From: the human T2T-CHM13v2.0 reference genome, Homo sapiens
Reading direction: 5' to 3'
Assembly: GCA_009914755.4 (NCBI GenBank)
Contig: CP068257.2
Location: forward strand, 27,264,001 to 27,328,000
Length of the DNA stretch: 64,000 nucleotides
Below, in pieces: positions 29,213-43,975 of the stretch. The translations under genes and the position numbers were made by a program. The stretch's first letter is position 1. Every line of letters starts with the position of its first letter. The notes under the pieces were generated by a model. It did not search any database. It saw nothing but the letters and a program-made list of their open reading frames with translations, and had not been told where the DNA came from.

Positions 29213-29765
29213 CTGAAAAAGAAAAGGTTTTAAATACTAAAAGAACTTTTAAAGTTCTCCTCTAACATACATCATAAAGTACACATACATCTATAGTAAC
29301 CTTCAAATGATAAAGTGAAAAGGGAAGAACACTAAAATTTTTGCTCTTTCTGTTATCTCCAAAATTAACACAAATTGAGTATTACTTCCGATGGCTACAC
29401 TAAGTTCTTCCTACTTAGGCTCATGCACACAATCACTAAGATATAAGAAATCTCCTGTGAAACAAATGAACAAATGGCAACTTCTTTTTCAGTATGTTTA
29501 AAAAGAGCACAGGGCTCTGATGCCAGATGGCTTCCAGTACCAACTCCTGTACTCTCCTTCATGGTCTAGATCTCAGAAGACCTTCTACTTCTTGAGTGGT
29601 AAAAGGTCACTGGAAACACCCATTTATTAGAGGGCCTTGATTCTACCAGTCTCAGTAAACTGCTAATTATCTTTGGCAGATTTTAAAAAATCACTTTTTA
29701 ATATATCTCCCATTAGCTACAATTAAGTTTAACACACATTTTCTCTTCCGAAGTTAGACATTGTG

Positions 29766-29766
<1 letters not shown>

Positions 29767-29798
<32 letters not shown>
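29767..29798. repeat. (GT)16 / (AC)n microsatellite in the last LTN1 intron, ~54 nt downstream of the 5' splice site of the RING-encoding exon
   Basis: gtgtgtgtgtgtgtgtgtgtgtgtgtgtgt. Confidence 0.95.
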
Positions 29799-29800
<2 letters not shown>

Positions 29801-29852
29801 ATGTGTATAAAATACATAAAATATAAGTAAGTTAATTTCTCTTTAGACTTAC

Positions 29853-30020
29853 CAAGCAGGCTGAATGGAATTTTTTCTTGCATGTTCTACAGGCTTTTTT
29901 GGGAAGGGAATAGTTGAAACCGTGAATGACTGAGAAACAGATCATGCAATCTTCAACACCCTCAAAACGTTTGTCTACGTTATTTTTCCATAAAGCTAAG
30001 CCTTCCATAATACTTCCATT
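29853..30020 (-). CDS. LTN1: LTN1 penultimate coding exon ([56 protein letters not shown]), N-terminal part of the RING domain
   Basis: Acceptor gttaacag|AATGGA; donor TGCTTG|gtaagtctaaag; 168 nt, phase 0-0. Confidence 0.9.
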
Positions 30021-30418
30021 CTGTTAACAAGAAGAAAAATAAGTCACTACACACTGATAAACACCAATTTTATTTTTATTCAATTTCACAAATTTTAAAG
30101 TTGAATTACAATTCTGAAAGAAGAGAATCTGCTTGGCTATGTTCATGTCTCCCAACTTATGAATGTTGGTTTTTAAAATAACCTCCCAAGTTTTTGGAAC
30201 CAGATGTAATTTTTCTCCATTAAAGACATACTTTAAAGGCTTCTGGACCAATACTTAAAGTGTTATAGTCTAAGCTTGTTGCTTGATAAAACTCTCTTAA
30301 TAATTAAATCATTTAGGTTAGTTCTAATGTTTAACTGAAAATGATGAAATTATCTCAAATGATTTGTTCCAGCTCTACAATATTGGTGAGCATATTTGTT
30401 TTAAAATAGTTTTTCTTG

Positions 30419-30712
30419 GCCGGGAGCGGTAGCTCAAGCCTGTAATCCCAGCACTTTGGGAGGCTAAGGTGGGTAGATCACTTGAGGTCAGGAGTTCGTT
30501 GACCACCATGGCCAACATAGTGAAACCCCATCTCTACTAAAAATACAAACAATTAGCCAGGTGTGGTGGCGGGTGCCTGTAATCCCAGCTACTCTGGAAG
30601 CTGAGGCAGCAGAATCGCTTGAACTGGGAGGCAGAGGTTGCAGTGAGCTGAGATCATGCCATTGCACTTCAGCCTGGGCAACAAGAGCAAAAACTCTTAA
30701 AAAAAAAAAGTT
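30419..30712 (+). mobile_element. Alu SINE in LTN1 intron
   Basis: ggccgggagcggtagctcaagcctgtaatcccagcactttgggaggctaaggtgggtagatcacttgaggtcaggagttcg...gcctgggcaacaagagcaaaaactcttaaaaaaaaaaag. Confidence 0.9.
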
Positions 30713-31167
30713 TTTCTTTATTGTAGAATGCCTGAGATACACAATGTGCACACAGAACTGAAGATTTAAAATGTGTTTAGAGGTCAAAGGTCTTTGAGGG
30801 TCCTGGGACTTCTCTAACCAAAGAGGAGTTGAAATGTAAGAATAAAAGTGAAAGTAGCTCAGAAGGCATTCATCTGTCCAGTATCTTTCAAAACATCCTC
30901 TCCGAAACAATTTTGTTAATACACCTTCTACAGTGTTAATGAAATAAAGTCAATCCCTCTCAAACACCAGAAAATAAATTACAGAACCTTAACAATTAAA
31001 ACAGAAAGGCAGGTTTAATCCATTTAGGCATATCTCTGTATTTATCCAAGGAAGTTTAATATCTACTTTTATCTTAAGCAGAAAAGATATATTTTATGTT
31101 TAAATGCCCTTTTAAATAGATCATCTTTTCCAAGTTTGTAAAGCCAAATGTGTAAACAGAAACTTAC

Positions 31168-31362
31168 CTGATGGGTGAGGTAAGTGCTTAACTGCAGCAT
31201 CCAGTTCCGCCACTGCTGAACAGCTACTCCTACTCTTTTCCCACTTTCTACTATTATTGAACCCAGTGGATAATTTGAAGGCAGTTGTATTATAAGTTCA
31301 ATAACTATGTCCTCAATAGTATAAGTAGCCATTACCTCTCGAGTAGTAGCTCGAGCTTTAAC
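31168..31362 (-). CDS. LTN1: LTN1 coding exon ([65 protein letters not shown]), RWD-like C-terminal region
   Basis: Acceptor ttgttgtattgcag|GTTAAAGCT; donor CATCAG|gtaagtttctg; 195 nt, phase 0-0; matches the remembered listerin C-terminal sequence. Confidence 0.9.
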
Positions 31363-32317
31363 CTGCAATACAACAAAGGATATTTTGTTTGCCAAATTTC
31401 TGTCTTTCAACCAGAAAACATTTTGATAGGTTGACTATTAAAAGCTAAAGACTTCATTCAAGGACAGTGCAGGTAAATACATTCACTTATCTGACATGAG
31501 ATAATTAAGAAATACGTTTAAATACCTGCCTGGTATATTTTTACAGTGATTTTGTGATATTCAAAGTTTGTTTTAAAAGAAATTAATTGCTCATAAAAAA
31601 GGTTTTATTATATTAGGCTTGTCACATAATAGTTCAATAAACCTTGAATAGATAAGTGACAGAATGGGTTATTATGCTTCTCTTCCACACCCAGAGTATC
31701 GAATGTCACTTCTACATCTAACAATTCTTCCTCTACCATATTATCCTCCTGAGCTTTGGAGCCAACTATCAACTGTCAGAACATTTATAGTTATTTGTTT
31801 GGTTTTCAAACCAACATTGCAAACTCAACATAAAACGCACACATTATTATCCTTTACAAACTTCATCTTCTGAATTTCCTACTTCCAGGCTAAAAAATCA
31901 TGATAGCATCATTTTAAATTTCTGCTTCTACCTCATCCTAGATATTAACTAAATCACTAGCACAAAATCTCTCACATCCCTACTTTTATATTCCCACTGT
32001 TACTGCCTCACCCATGCCCTAGTCCTTTGCTCATGTCTACCCCAATAGTCTCCTCTACCATTCATTTGAATCCAAACTGTTTGCCAACAGATCATGCTAT
32101 AGATTGTGGTCAGAGCAATTTCAAAGATTTTAACTCTGATCATGCTACTGCCTGAATGAAAAATGTTCAGTGGCTGAATTGTACCACTTTAGACCGTTAT
32201 TTGAGGCCCTTCCCAACATACCTCTTATTCACCGTTGATTCTATTCACCCTTGGGACTCCTACGCATTATTTGGGTTGGAGTACTGCATTATTTATCATT
32301 TCCTGGGCAACGACTGA

Positions 32318-32752
<435 letters not shown>

Positions 32753-33002
32753 TAAAATCTCACTTAATCCCCTCAGCCAGATGAATCTTTCCCACTCAGA
32801 TCACAAGGCACTCTTTCTCTTAATATGCTACTACTTTCCAATGCAAAAATAATTATCAGTCTCGCTCTTTTCCCTTTATTAGACTGTATGTTATTACAGG
32901 ACAAGAATCTGGTCCTACTAAACTGTTCATATCCTTGGTGACTGGGACACAGTGCTTGGCATCTGTAAGTATTCCAGTACAGATTTTGAATGAACTAATG
33001 AA

Positions 33003-33526
<524 letters not shown>

Positions 33527-33609
33527 TGTGTGAATGAAATTATACCACTGTTTCAATCCACGCATGAAGTAATGTTGAGATTTGACACACAAATTAGAAA
33601 ATAAAATAG

Positions 33610-33696
33610 GCTGGTCTTGAACTCCTGGGCTCAAGTGATCCTCCCACCTTGGCCTCCCAAAGCGTTGGGATTAAGGCATGAGCCACGACTCCTGGC
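33610..33696 (-). mobile_element. Alu fragment (antisense)
   Basis: ggctggtcttgaactcctgggctcaagtgatcctcccaccttggcctcccaaagcgttgggattaaggcatgagccacgactcctggcc. Confidence 0.7.
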
Positions 33697-33809
33697 CACC
33701 AGTTTCTATAAATTCTGAGTTAAGAGCTACAGTCTGTTATGATATTAACAATGACAGACATACCCAATATTAAAACAACTTTTCTAGAGAAAGTCAAGAC
33801 AATACTAAC

Positions 33810-34030
33810 CGTCATGCCATTAAATAGTTGTGTACTTGTTTGTACAGAAGATATTTCTTGAAAAGAAAGAACACTGCTGACATACTTGCTTGTAAATCTA
33901 TCCACAATATTGAAAACACGCTTCTCACTGCTATTCCACCACAACCTAACCATGGCAGGCAAGTCTTTTAATGTCATATGATAGACTGAACAAGCCAAGT
34001 GTGGAATGTGGTATGGAAGCATTGTTGTTT
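33810..34030 (-). CDS. LTN1: LTN1 coding exon ((E)[73 protein letters not shown])
   Basis: Acceptor tttgttttttcctcag|AAACAACAATG; donor ATGACG|gttagtattg; 221 nt; the entry codon is split between 1 nt from the upstream exon and AA here. Confidence 0.9.
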
Positions 34031-34260
34031 CTGAGGAAAAAACAAATTATTGATTAGTAACATATATTTCTTATATAGAATAACAGACTAATATTAGTAT
34101 TTTCTTTAGAAAGTGATCCTTAATTTCTCAACAATAGTGCTATAGCTCATAAAAACAAACATACCAGAGAAACCAGAACTCTGGAGTATGAGCATCTTTC
34201 CACACATTCAAAATGAACCATAAGAATGGCAAAAGAATTTTTTTTTAAAGTGAAAATCCC

Positions 34261-34668
<408 letters not shown>

Positions 34669-35227
34669 TTAAAGATGCTTGCTGTTATAAATTATGAAAA
34701 GGAGTTTGGCCTCCTTTACTTTCCCCAGAGCTTGCTGAACTGCTGTGCAGAAGTCTTGGAATACCCAACTCAATACTCACAAGATGCAGTCCATCCTCAG
34801 ATCTCCAAGGCATTTAAAAAACTCATATTCTTAGTAAATTGTTTCCAATACTGTAGTACAACCAGATACATGCATATCTGTCCTCTCAGCTCACATGTGA
34901 GCTCCCAGAATGAAATGTTATTCAACTTTATTTCCCCTGATTTATATGCCTATAAAATGTTATCACGTAAGAAATATTTGTTTACAGAGTCAAAAGTTAA
35001 TAGTCTCACCACACTAAGCTTCAAAAATGTATTAAATTCCTCACAGTCTTATGGGTAAAAACTAATTATTCATCCTATTTAGAGAAATATGGAAAATGGT
35101 CAATTTCAACATTCTCATAGCCAGGACCCACCTTTGGGGTTATTCTCCACATTCTCAGGGAAAAGTTTAATTCAACCTAGTCTGAATCTAGTGTCCAAGA
35201 AAGAACATAAACACATATCTTACTGAC

Positions 35228-35399
35228 CTCTAATACTCAGCTGGAGCTCCTCAGTAAAGAATGTTTTAGGGTCCTTATTTGGGACCTCAACTGCTGTCTC
35301 TGCATAGGTTGGATTTTCTGGCATAAGCCTGAACAGGTGATAGAGCAATTTATTCAAACTCTTTGTTTTCCGAAGATACATGGAATACAAAGCCCGAAG
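35228..35399 (-). CDS. LTN1: LTN1 coding exon ([57 protein letters not shown] + 1 nt)
   Basis: Acceptor ttctttgctctccaccag|CTTCGG with a TACTAAC branch motif 20 nt upstream; donor ATTAGAG|gtcagtaagat; 172 nt. Confidence 0.85.
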
Positions 35400-36739
35400 C
35401 TGGTGGAGAGCAAAGAATTTGTTAGTAAACCAAATACACCAAGACAATTGGTATAAAAGAACAACTCAAAGTGTAACAAATTTCCTTTCCTCATAAACTA
35501 GCAGACATTCTATCCCCTCATTATTGTAACACATTTCTAATATCTTTCTCAAATTGTCTTCCTGTATTACAATGCACTCACCTTGGCTTAGAATGTCTGA
35601 GACAAGAAAATCTATTCACCATTCCCACAGATGACTCCCTCACTCTCCTCCCAAGTCTTCCATACATTCCTTCCACACCATTGCCCTTAACCTTTCAAAT
35701 TCCTGCTTAAAACTAATCCCATTTTTATGGCTGACCTCACCCTGTATCAAAAACTCCGACATCCCTTTACGACAGAGAGCACAAACTAGTGGTCCAAAAT
35801 GTCATGGGGGTCTTCTCAGAGTTGTTTTTTCAATCAGGAAATTTCACATAAAAATATGGATTTCTGATTTCTCTTTTAAAAACAGAAAAACGAGCCACCA
35901 GTGGGAGCACTGCAGGTATCTGTGTGAGACCCGTACTTCACAACTCCTGCTTTCCCTCCATAAAGCAGCTTGCATTTTCCACATTGACTTTGCAGTTCTT
36001 TGGTATCTGTATTGGTTTTAAGATAATTTCTACTATATCACATATCTCCTCACAGTACAAAGATATCATTTTCTTTCCCTTTTCTTTTTAAAAAATTTGT
36101 ATTTTTAATTTTTGTGGGTACACAGTAGATATTTATGGGGCATATGAGGTATTTTATAGGCATATAATATGTACTAGGGTAAGTGGGGTATTCATCACCT
36201 CAAGCATTTATCCTTTCTTTGTGTAAAATATAGCATTTTCTGAACACTATGAATACTTAAGTACAAGGATCAAGTCATAGGATTTGGAATTGATTTTTAA
36301 AATATGTTGACCAAAGTGCTCTTATCATCAAACTTAACATCACTAATGAAGGATGAACATCCCAAATCTGAAAATCCAAAATCCAAAATGCTCCATAATC
36401 TAAAACTTGTTGAGCACCAACATGATGCTTAAAGGAAATGCTCCTGGAGCATTTCAGATTTTCGGATCTGGGATGCTCAACCAGTAAGTGTAACAAAAAT
36501 ATTCCAGAATCTGAAAAAATCTGAAATCAGAAACACTACTGGTCCCAGGCATTTTGGATAAGGGATACTCAACCTGTAAAAGAACACAATGACATTATAT
36601 GGCTCCTGAGGTAAGACACTGAGAACACATAACAACTTGTGCAGTAAGTACTATTGCTAAAAATTAACCACAATCTAATGAGGAAACGATCAGACAAATT
36701 CACATTGTATGACAGGCTAAAAACAGCTGGCCAAAACAA

Positions 36740-38160
36740 TGACAAGAAAGAAAAGAAAGGTATAGAAATTATAGGTTAAAGAAACTAAAGAAATATGACA
36801 AGCAAATACAAACATGATTCTTGATTGGATCTTCAATAGAGAAGAAAATAAAACTATAGAGATATTACTGGGACAACTGAAAGTATCTAAATAAAAATTA
36901 GATATTATTGCATCAAAATTAAATTTCTTGAGTATAAAAATTATATTATGCTTATGTAGAAACATGTCCGTGATCTTAGGAGATATATGCTTAAATACTT
37001 TTGGTAAAGCATCAAAATGTCTGCAACTTACTTTCAAGTAGATCAGCAGAAAAAAAGTAAATACAGAGAAAGTATGTGCAAATGTAGCAATATGTTAAAA
37101 GATGTATGTAACTTTTTTATCTAAAAGAGTATGTGATTTTCCATTGAATTATTCTTCCAACTTCATTGTTTAATTTTTCAAAACAAAAAGTTAGAGATTT
37201 TTAAAAAATTAATCACCAATATCAATGGACTTTTAAAAACACACATATACGACCCAGCAATCCCACTCCAAGGTATACAACACAAGTGAAAACATATTTC
37301 AACACAAAAGCTCGTACACGAATGTTCACAGCAGCTTTATTTTCAATAGCCAAAAAAAAGGAAACAACCTAAATGCCCATTAATGGATAAACAGATAGAT
37401 AAACAAAATGTGATAGATCTACAAAATGGAGTATTATTCAGCCACAAAAATAAATGCAATACTTATGATACATGCTTCAATTTGATAATCTTGAAAATAA
37501 TATACTAAAATAAAAGCCAGACACAAAAGACCAGATATGTGAAATGTCCAGAACAGGCAGATGCATAGAGACAGAACACAGTTTAATGGCTGTCAGGAGC
37601 TGCGGGGTTTGAGAGGAAATGGGAAGTGATTGCTATCAATTACAATGGGATGTTGAAAAGGTTCTAAAATTATATAGTGGTTAACAGTTGCACAACTCTG
37701 TGAATACAGTCAGCCCTCCACTTCCATGGGTTCCACATCTGAGAATTCAACCAATCGCAGATTGAAAACATTTGAGGGGCAAAAAAAGTGATTTAAAAAA
37801 ACCAATACAACAATAAAAATACTAAAAACTTTAATACAGTATAGCAACTATTTCAATAGCATTTACACTGTATCAGTGATAACTAATCTAGAGATGATTT
37901 TAAGTAGTATACAGGAAGATGTGCATAGGTTAGATGCAGATACTATATGCCATTTTATATAAGGAACTTGAGTATTCGCTGGGGTGGGGGTCATGGGAGG
38001 GAGCCTGGAAACAATCCCCAGCAGATATCAAGGGATGACTATATACTAAAAACACCAAACTGTGTATGCTAAGTGGGTAAATTTTATGGTATGTGCAATA
38101 TCTCAGTAAAGCTTTATAAAACAGACACAAAAACATACACATGTACGTATACAACTTTTT
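36740..38160 (+). mobile_element. Old LINE-1 (L1M-like) 3' region remnant in LTN1 intron
   Basis: gacccagcaatcccactccaaggtatacaacacaag...caacctaaatgcccattaatggataaacagatagataaacaaaatgtgatagatctacaaaatggagtattattcagccacaaaaataaatgcaatac... Confidence 0.5.
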
Positions 38161-38896
38161 CCAGTTCAATCTGATTTGCTAGTTTTTTTGAGAAAAAAGT
38201 TAACCCATGATTTAGGAACATTTAAAGTTTTCCGAAGAAAAATTCTGTTTATTTCAGGATTCATCTAATTAGTATTACTTAGTGGGTTATTCTGGTTTAT
38301 CTGCCCACAGCTCAGTTCAAGTTTCAGACTCAATAATAATAAATGCTGCCGTATAATTTTGCACCCTAACCCAATCCCAGCTTAATGAAAAAGGTGACAC
38401 ATGGCCATTTTCCTAATTTCTGAATATAAAATGAGAACAAAACTCTTATACACAAATGCCTCAATCTGCTGCTATTTTTTAAAGATCAACAATATTTTAA
38501 GAAATTGATGTAAAAGCCAAATAAGGAGCTCTTGAAATATATCATCAGCAAATAAAACTAGCTTAAGTCACAAAAATAAGTGACAGGCCTAAAGAGAAAA
38601 CTAATCTATTTAACAGCTAGATCAATGCTGCTTCTGTGATTTGACTTTTCCCCACAGATATACAAATGCAAAGATGCAAAAATTGATATCTTTGTACCAG
38701 GGTATAGGGTATGAGCAACAACATAAATTATAATTTAAAAATTCCAAAAAGTCACATTGGAAATGAATGCCATGAATACTTAATCACACTAAATGATAAA
38801 CTAAATCTTTTTGTATTGACCTGTCAAAAGAAGGCACATATTTTATTAGGCTAATTCAATCAAAGATTGACAGAGATTTGGATCTTCCTTGTTCTT

Positions 38897-38985
38897 TTTG
38901 AGACAGGGTCTGGCTCTGTCGCCCAGGCTTGAGTGCAGTGGCACGATCTCAGCTCACTGCAACCTCCACTTCCCTGGCTCAAACT
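38897..38985 (-). mobile_element. Truncated Alu (antisense)
   Basis: tttttgagacagggtctggctctgtcgcccaggcttgagtgcagtggcacgatctcagctcactgcaacctccacttccctggctcaaac. Confidence 0.7.
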
Positions 38986-39488
38986 ATCTTCAAGTGGGGA
39001 TCCTTCTAAAAGAAAAACTAGAGAGATCTTTCCAGTTTCTTCTTGGACAAGGTCTTACTTCCTAAACATGAGACAACAGAGACATCTAGTGGCTGCTAGA
39101 ATAATTTGGACAAAATATTTCAGATATTTTCACCACTTAGGTAACAGTTTGAATTATTACATAGGTAATGTTTCACAGATCTCTCTCCAAACAGTGATTT
39201 TCAAGTAAGGTAAATTTCCAATGATGTATTAAGTTATATCTCCACAACAGAGTGACAAACTGACTCCCTCCGAAAAAAAAACAAAAAACACAAGATCCAA
39301 TTCTTTTGAAATCATTACTATGATAGTACAAAATTAAATTATATAAATATTATTTCCTGAAATAAAAGAACCTGGTGACTACATTCAGTTAGAAAAAAGT
39401 TGATCTGGCCACCTATCAGAGTAATTACTTTTGCTTGGAAGGTAAGGTATAAGGGACAGGAGTAAACTTATTAAGCAGATGGAAGTTA

Positions 39489-39800
<312 letters not shown>

Positions 39801-39921
39801 TTTAAAAGATGAGATTAAAACATAAGGATTTTCCTTTTATTAAACTGAAAGGAAGGTATTTAGAACAGTATCAGAAGCATATTAGGACAGAACTATCGAA
39901 AGTTGTCACATATTTATTTAC

Positions 39922-40108
39922 CTGTGATGATGCAGCTTTGAAGAAAGTTAGTATTAATTTCCAAGTGAGAAGGTATCCCAGAACATAACAGAAGTCTTCA
40001 CTCAGTGGTTTAATAGTAACTATCTGTCCAACAGGAATACACCCCAAAACATTTTCTAGTAAGTCCTCTTGAATGCTAAGAAGAGACATCAGTGCTGCTG
40101 GTGGTGAC
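39922..40108 (-). CDS. LTN1: LTN1 coding exon ((L)[62 protein letters not shown])
   Basis: Acceptor attgattcttag|GTCACCACC; donor TCATCACAG|gtaaataaatatg; 187 nt; phase-compatible with both neighbours. Confidence 0.8.
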
Positions 40109-41965
40109 CTAAGAATCAATGATTAAACACCACAAGTTTTCTTTATAATTCATTCCTTAACAAATTGACAGTACTTGTAAACTTCAAGCATTTTAGAAAA
40201 ATTTCTCTGTTTTCCAAAAAACGTTTTAAAAATTCCCCTCTATTGAGCCAATTTTAACTCCTAATCTCACATAACAGTAAAATAAAAAAGACATATTATA
40301 GCACTTGAAGGAAAGACATTTTTAGAAAACGTCTCTTTCAATTTTCTAAGTGAAAAAAAATCACACACCCAGAGAAGCCAAATGATGAGTCCAACGTCTT
40401 TCAGTTAGTAGGGGAAACTGTTAGGGATTCTAAATCCTACCCGGCCTTTTATCATCTTATAAAAGACAAAGTGAAGATTAAGACTTCGAACTTTGTCACT
40501 TCATTCTAGTTTCTATTTTATTGCATATTATCTACTTAGTACTATTAAGAAATATCACAATGATACTATTAATCGGATAAACACAGAAAATAATTATGTG
40601 CCTGTTTAAAAAAATCATGATTGTAATCTTTTTAGGAAAATAAATGTACCATTCAGATTAATTCACAACAATGTAAGTTAATTTTCTTCTTTATTGAACT
40701 ACTCTACTCATTTATACTTTCAGGTGAACTTATGAGATTCTCAAAAAGTAAAATACTTAACTCTCTTCTCCATGATACTCTAGCCTGGTTCTCTCCTTTC
40801 ACTTCTGTGATCGTTCTTCCCTTGTGGCTTCCTTCTCCCAGCCCACAAGTACAGGCCTTCTCCAAACTTCTGCTCTTAGGTCTTTTCCTTCAACACCTCC
40901 ATCTCATGTACCCAGCCTTCTATATTCCATACTGATAGTCACTAGATCTTATAAAATACCAGCTCCAAAATCTCTCCACTTTTCACATTGCCCTCCATGC
41001 ATTGTTATTTAACTTCTGCAATCAGCTCCACCTCTGCTTGCTTCTTTTTACAATTCATGTTTCACATTAGTGTCAGAATCGGCTGGTGGCGCCCTATCTC
41101 CTACCAAGTAATGACCAAATCCCCCCAAAAAAGTCATTTTTAAGGCCATTTATTATAGGCCAGGAAGCATTCTGGCCTACAGCATTCTAGCCTATTTCTC
41201 TCTCAGAAATAAGAGAGAGAAATTCCTGCCCTCACAGAACTTACATTCCAGTAAAGAAAGATATTATCAATAAAACTATACATTAAGTGGTAACTACTCA
41301 ATATTCCCCAAGCACATCCTCACATTCATGACTCAGTGCCTTTGTACATGATGTTCTCTTAACTTATGTTGTCTTTCCTGTCCTGCAGAAATGCTACCTA
41401 ACCTTAAAGGTCCAGTTTAAATGCCTCTTCCTCAAAAGAAAGTCTTCCCTTCCTGATGTACATTAATTGTGCCCTCATAACATGCTATCTTATATAGGCC
41501 TAACTGACCTTTAAAAAAAAGTTATCTATCCTTTTTCTTAGCACTTATCATATACTATATTTTCCATAACGCTACAGTATCATCTGTATCAGATAAATTC
41601 CTTAAGGAAAAGAAAGTGCTCACTAAACACTGCATATTCCCCTCAGCATTTAATTAATACTCTGCACAAAGTGGATGCTCAATAGATACTTGAACCGATA
41701 CACTCTTTCCACAGCCACCATATGGCCAAAGATAGTTTTACTGAACAGTAGCAAACGGAAAATGTGATTTAAGAACAATTAAGAGAGTGACACAATCTTT
41801 TGGGTGAAATCTATATTTCATTTATATCTTACAGATAACTAAAAAGATCTATCTGTAGAATGAATATAACTCTATAGCTTCTGTGCTGCTTCAGTCCTCT
41901 AAAGACATTATAAGTGAGATGGATTATAAGAATTTAATAAAACAAATTATTTAAAAAAACCTTAC

Positions 41966-42040
41966 AAGGCTGGCTCTTCTTCTTCATCTCCGTATGACTT
42001 TAGATTATCCTGATCATACTGTGGTAATTCAGGCATCAAT
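41966..42040 (-). CDS. LTN1: LTN1 coding exon ((K)[24 protein letters not shown](L))
   Basis: Acceptor ttctaatttctag|ATTGATGCC; donor CCAGCCTT|gtaaggttttt; 75 nt. Only this acceptor keeps frame with the upstream 2-nt donor (AA+A = Lys). Confidence 0.7.
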
Positions 42041-42370
42041 CTAGAAATTAGAACATTATTTTTAAATATGTGATATTAAACTGTTTATTAAGTCGTGCTC
42101 AAGAGCAGAAAAACCAATACTTATTTTATAATGAGTAAATGTTTTAATGAGTTTTCTTTAAAATAACTACTATAGCCAGGACTATTGAAATATAAATTGT
42201 GTATAGAGAACAATAACCTAAAAGATGAGGCAACTTAGGGTCCCTATAAGTGAAGCAGTCAGATCTCCTTCTTTTAAAAATTTTACTTTAAATAATTAAA
42301 AGTAAAAACTAAGCATATATTCTATTTTTTTAGACCACTGTAACATTGATTCAATTGGATGAATTCTTAC

Positions 42371-42608
42371 TTGTATAGCATATGATAAACAGCAATTTGC
42401 ACAGGCCTAGCTCTGAAGAGGAGTAATGGGGCCAATGTATTTAACAAAGTCTGGAGATATTCTGGTAAGTTTGTTTTTTGGTCAGCAACTAATCTTGCAG
42501 GAAGTTTGTGACTCAATAGCTGTTCCTTTGAGATATACGTTAATGTTTCACACATGGGTTTCAGCATTGCATTCTGAAAGGATGTTTCAGACACATCTTT
42601 GTTTTCTC
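42371..42608 (-). CDS. LTN1: LTN1 coding exon ((G)[78 protein letters not shown])
   Basis: Acceptor ttttgtcattag|GAGAAAAC with an upstream TACTAAC branch motif; donor CTATACAA|gtaagaattc; 238 nt. Confidence 0.85.
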
Positions 42609-43100
42609 CTAATGACAAAAAGGAAAGAAACATGCACGTCTCAAAAGAAAGTTAGTATAGCTTAAATGATTCACAAACAATCAAATTTAAGATTTAAGAA
42701 ATCTTTTAAGAAAATGAAATAAAAACTAGACATAAACAATAAAGCAGTCTTAACTAGAAACATGAACTGAATATATATTCCAGTTAATCTCAACTGTTTT
42801 AATGACTTTTATCTGATCCAGCAAATGTTCAATAGCAAGGTTCTATTCACATCATCCATTCATGTTATCTGAAGTATTATTATTTTAATTTGCAACAGTC
42901 ATTGGATACCTTGCCATTTTTCAATTTCTGTCTGTAAAGTAAAGCATAGATGATGCTTCTGAGAAGCCAAGCTTTCTCTTCTGGCTTTTTCTTTTACTAT
43001 TTAGTATTATTTGATTTAAACATCAAAATTTTTGCTTTTGAATTTTTCAGTAAGTCATTTCCAATGAATCAATCTCACTATTATTCCCTTTTTCACTTGC

Positions 43101-43314
43101 CTGTAACAGTCACCAAAATAGGTAAAAGCAAACTGTGGATGCCTTGGGAAAAAAATTCTTTCCATTCACTGATTAGATTTACAGGAAGATTGCCAATGGT
43201 ATCCAGAGTTGTGGAATCAAAGAAAGCACTGAGGTCACAGGCCAAATCACAGCTGACACAGGCAAACAGTTGCACAAGTGGAATAGAATACAATGCCTGA
43301 TTCTCACTTGTTGT
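43101..43314 (-). CDS. LTN1: LTN1 coding exon ([71 protein letters not shown] + 1 nt), ending at a non-canonical GC donor
   Basis: Acceptor tttattgttttttcag|ACAACAAGT; donor GTTACAG|gcaagtgaaaa (GC-AG intron). This is the only donor that preserves frame into the next exon. Confidence 0.8.
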
Positions 43315-43658
43315 CTGAAAAAACAATAAAAATGAAATAGGTAAACAGACTTCTACCAGAACACTACAAATAAAGCCAATATAAAGAAAAGCCCCACTTT
43401 CATTTCTTTGAATTTTAAAACGAAAAGCAGTTGAGGTGTGTAATCTCAGGAGAAACATAAAATTTTACATCAAAATAACTTTTTTCTTCAAAATTAAATA
43501 CCATGAATAGAATCATTAATAAACAATTTATTCTCAAGTACCCTTTTTAATTTCTAACCCATGGAAGGAAACACTAAGTCAGACACATTAAATACACATT
43601 TATAATCTTCTCAGTAGCCCTACAAGTTGTAAGTTATTATTTTAAAATAAGAAAATCG

Positions 43659-43975
<317 letters not shown>

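Noticed and set aside
30024-30251. 75-aa minus ORF immediately upstream of LTN1 exon 29853-30020
   Set aside because: It lies above the validated acceptor (gttaacag|AATGGA). The true exon starts at 30020 and the upstream exon ends in frame at 31168, so this is intronic read-through.
36330-36500. Palindromic-looking element (..ctgaaaatccaaaatccaaaatgctccataatctaaaacttgttgagcaccaacatgatgcttaaaggaaatgctcctggagcatttcagattttcggatctgggatgctcaacc..)
   Set aside because: It resembles a common small non-autonomous DNA-transposon/MER-type repeat, but I cannot name the family confidently, so it is not listed as a feature.
41966-42018. Alternative shorter version of LTN1 exon using acceptor taccacag|TATGATCAG
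   Set aside because: It would start in phase 0, but the upstream exon ends with 2 nt (CTATACAA|gtaaga). Only the longer 75-nt exon (acceptor tttctag|ATTGATG) keeps the frame.
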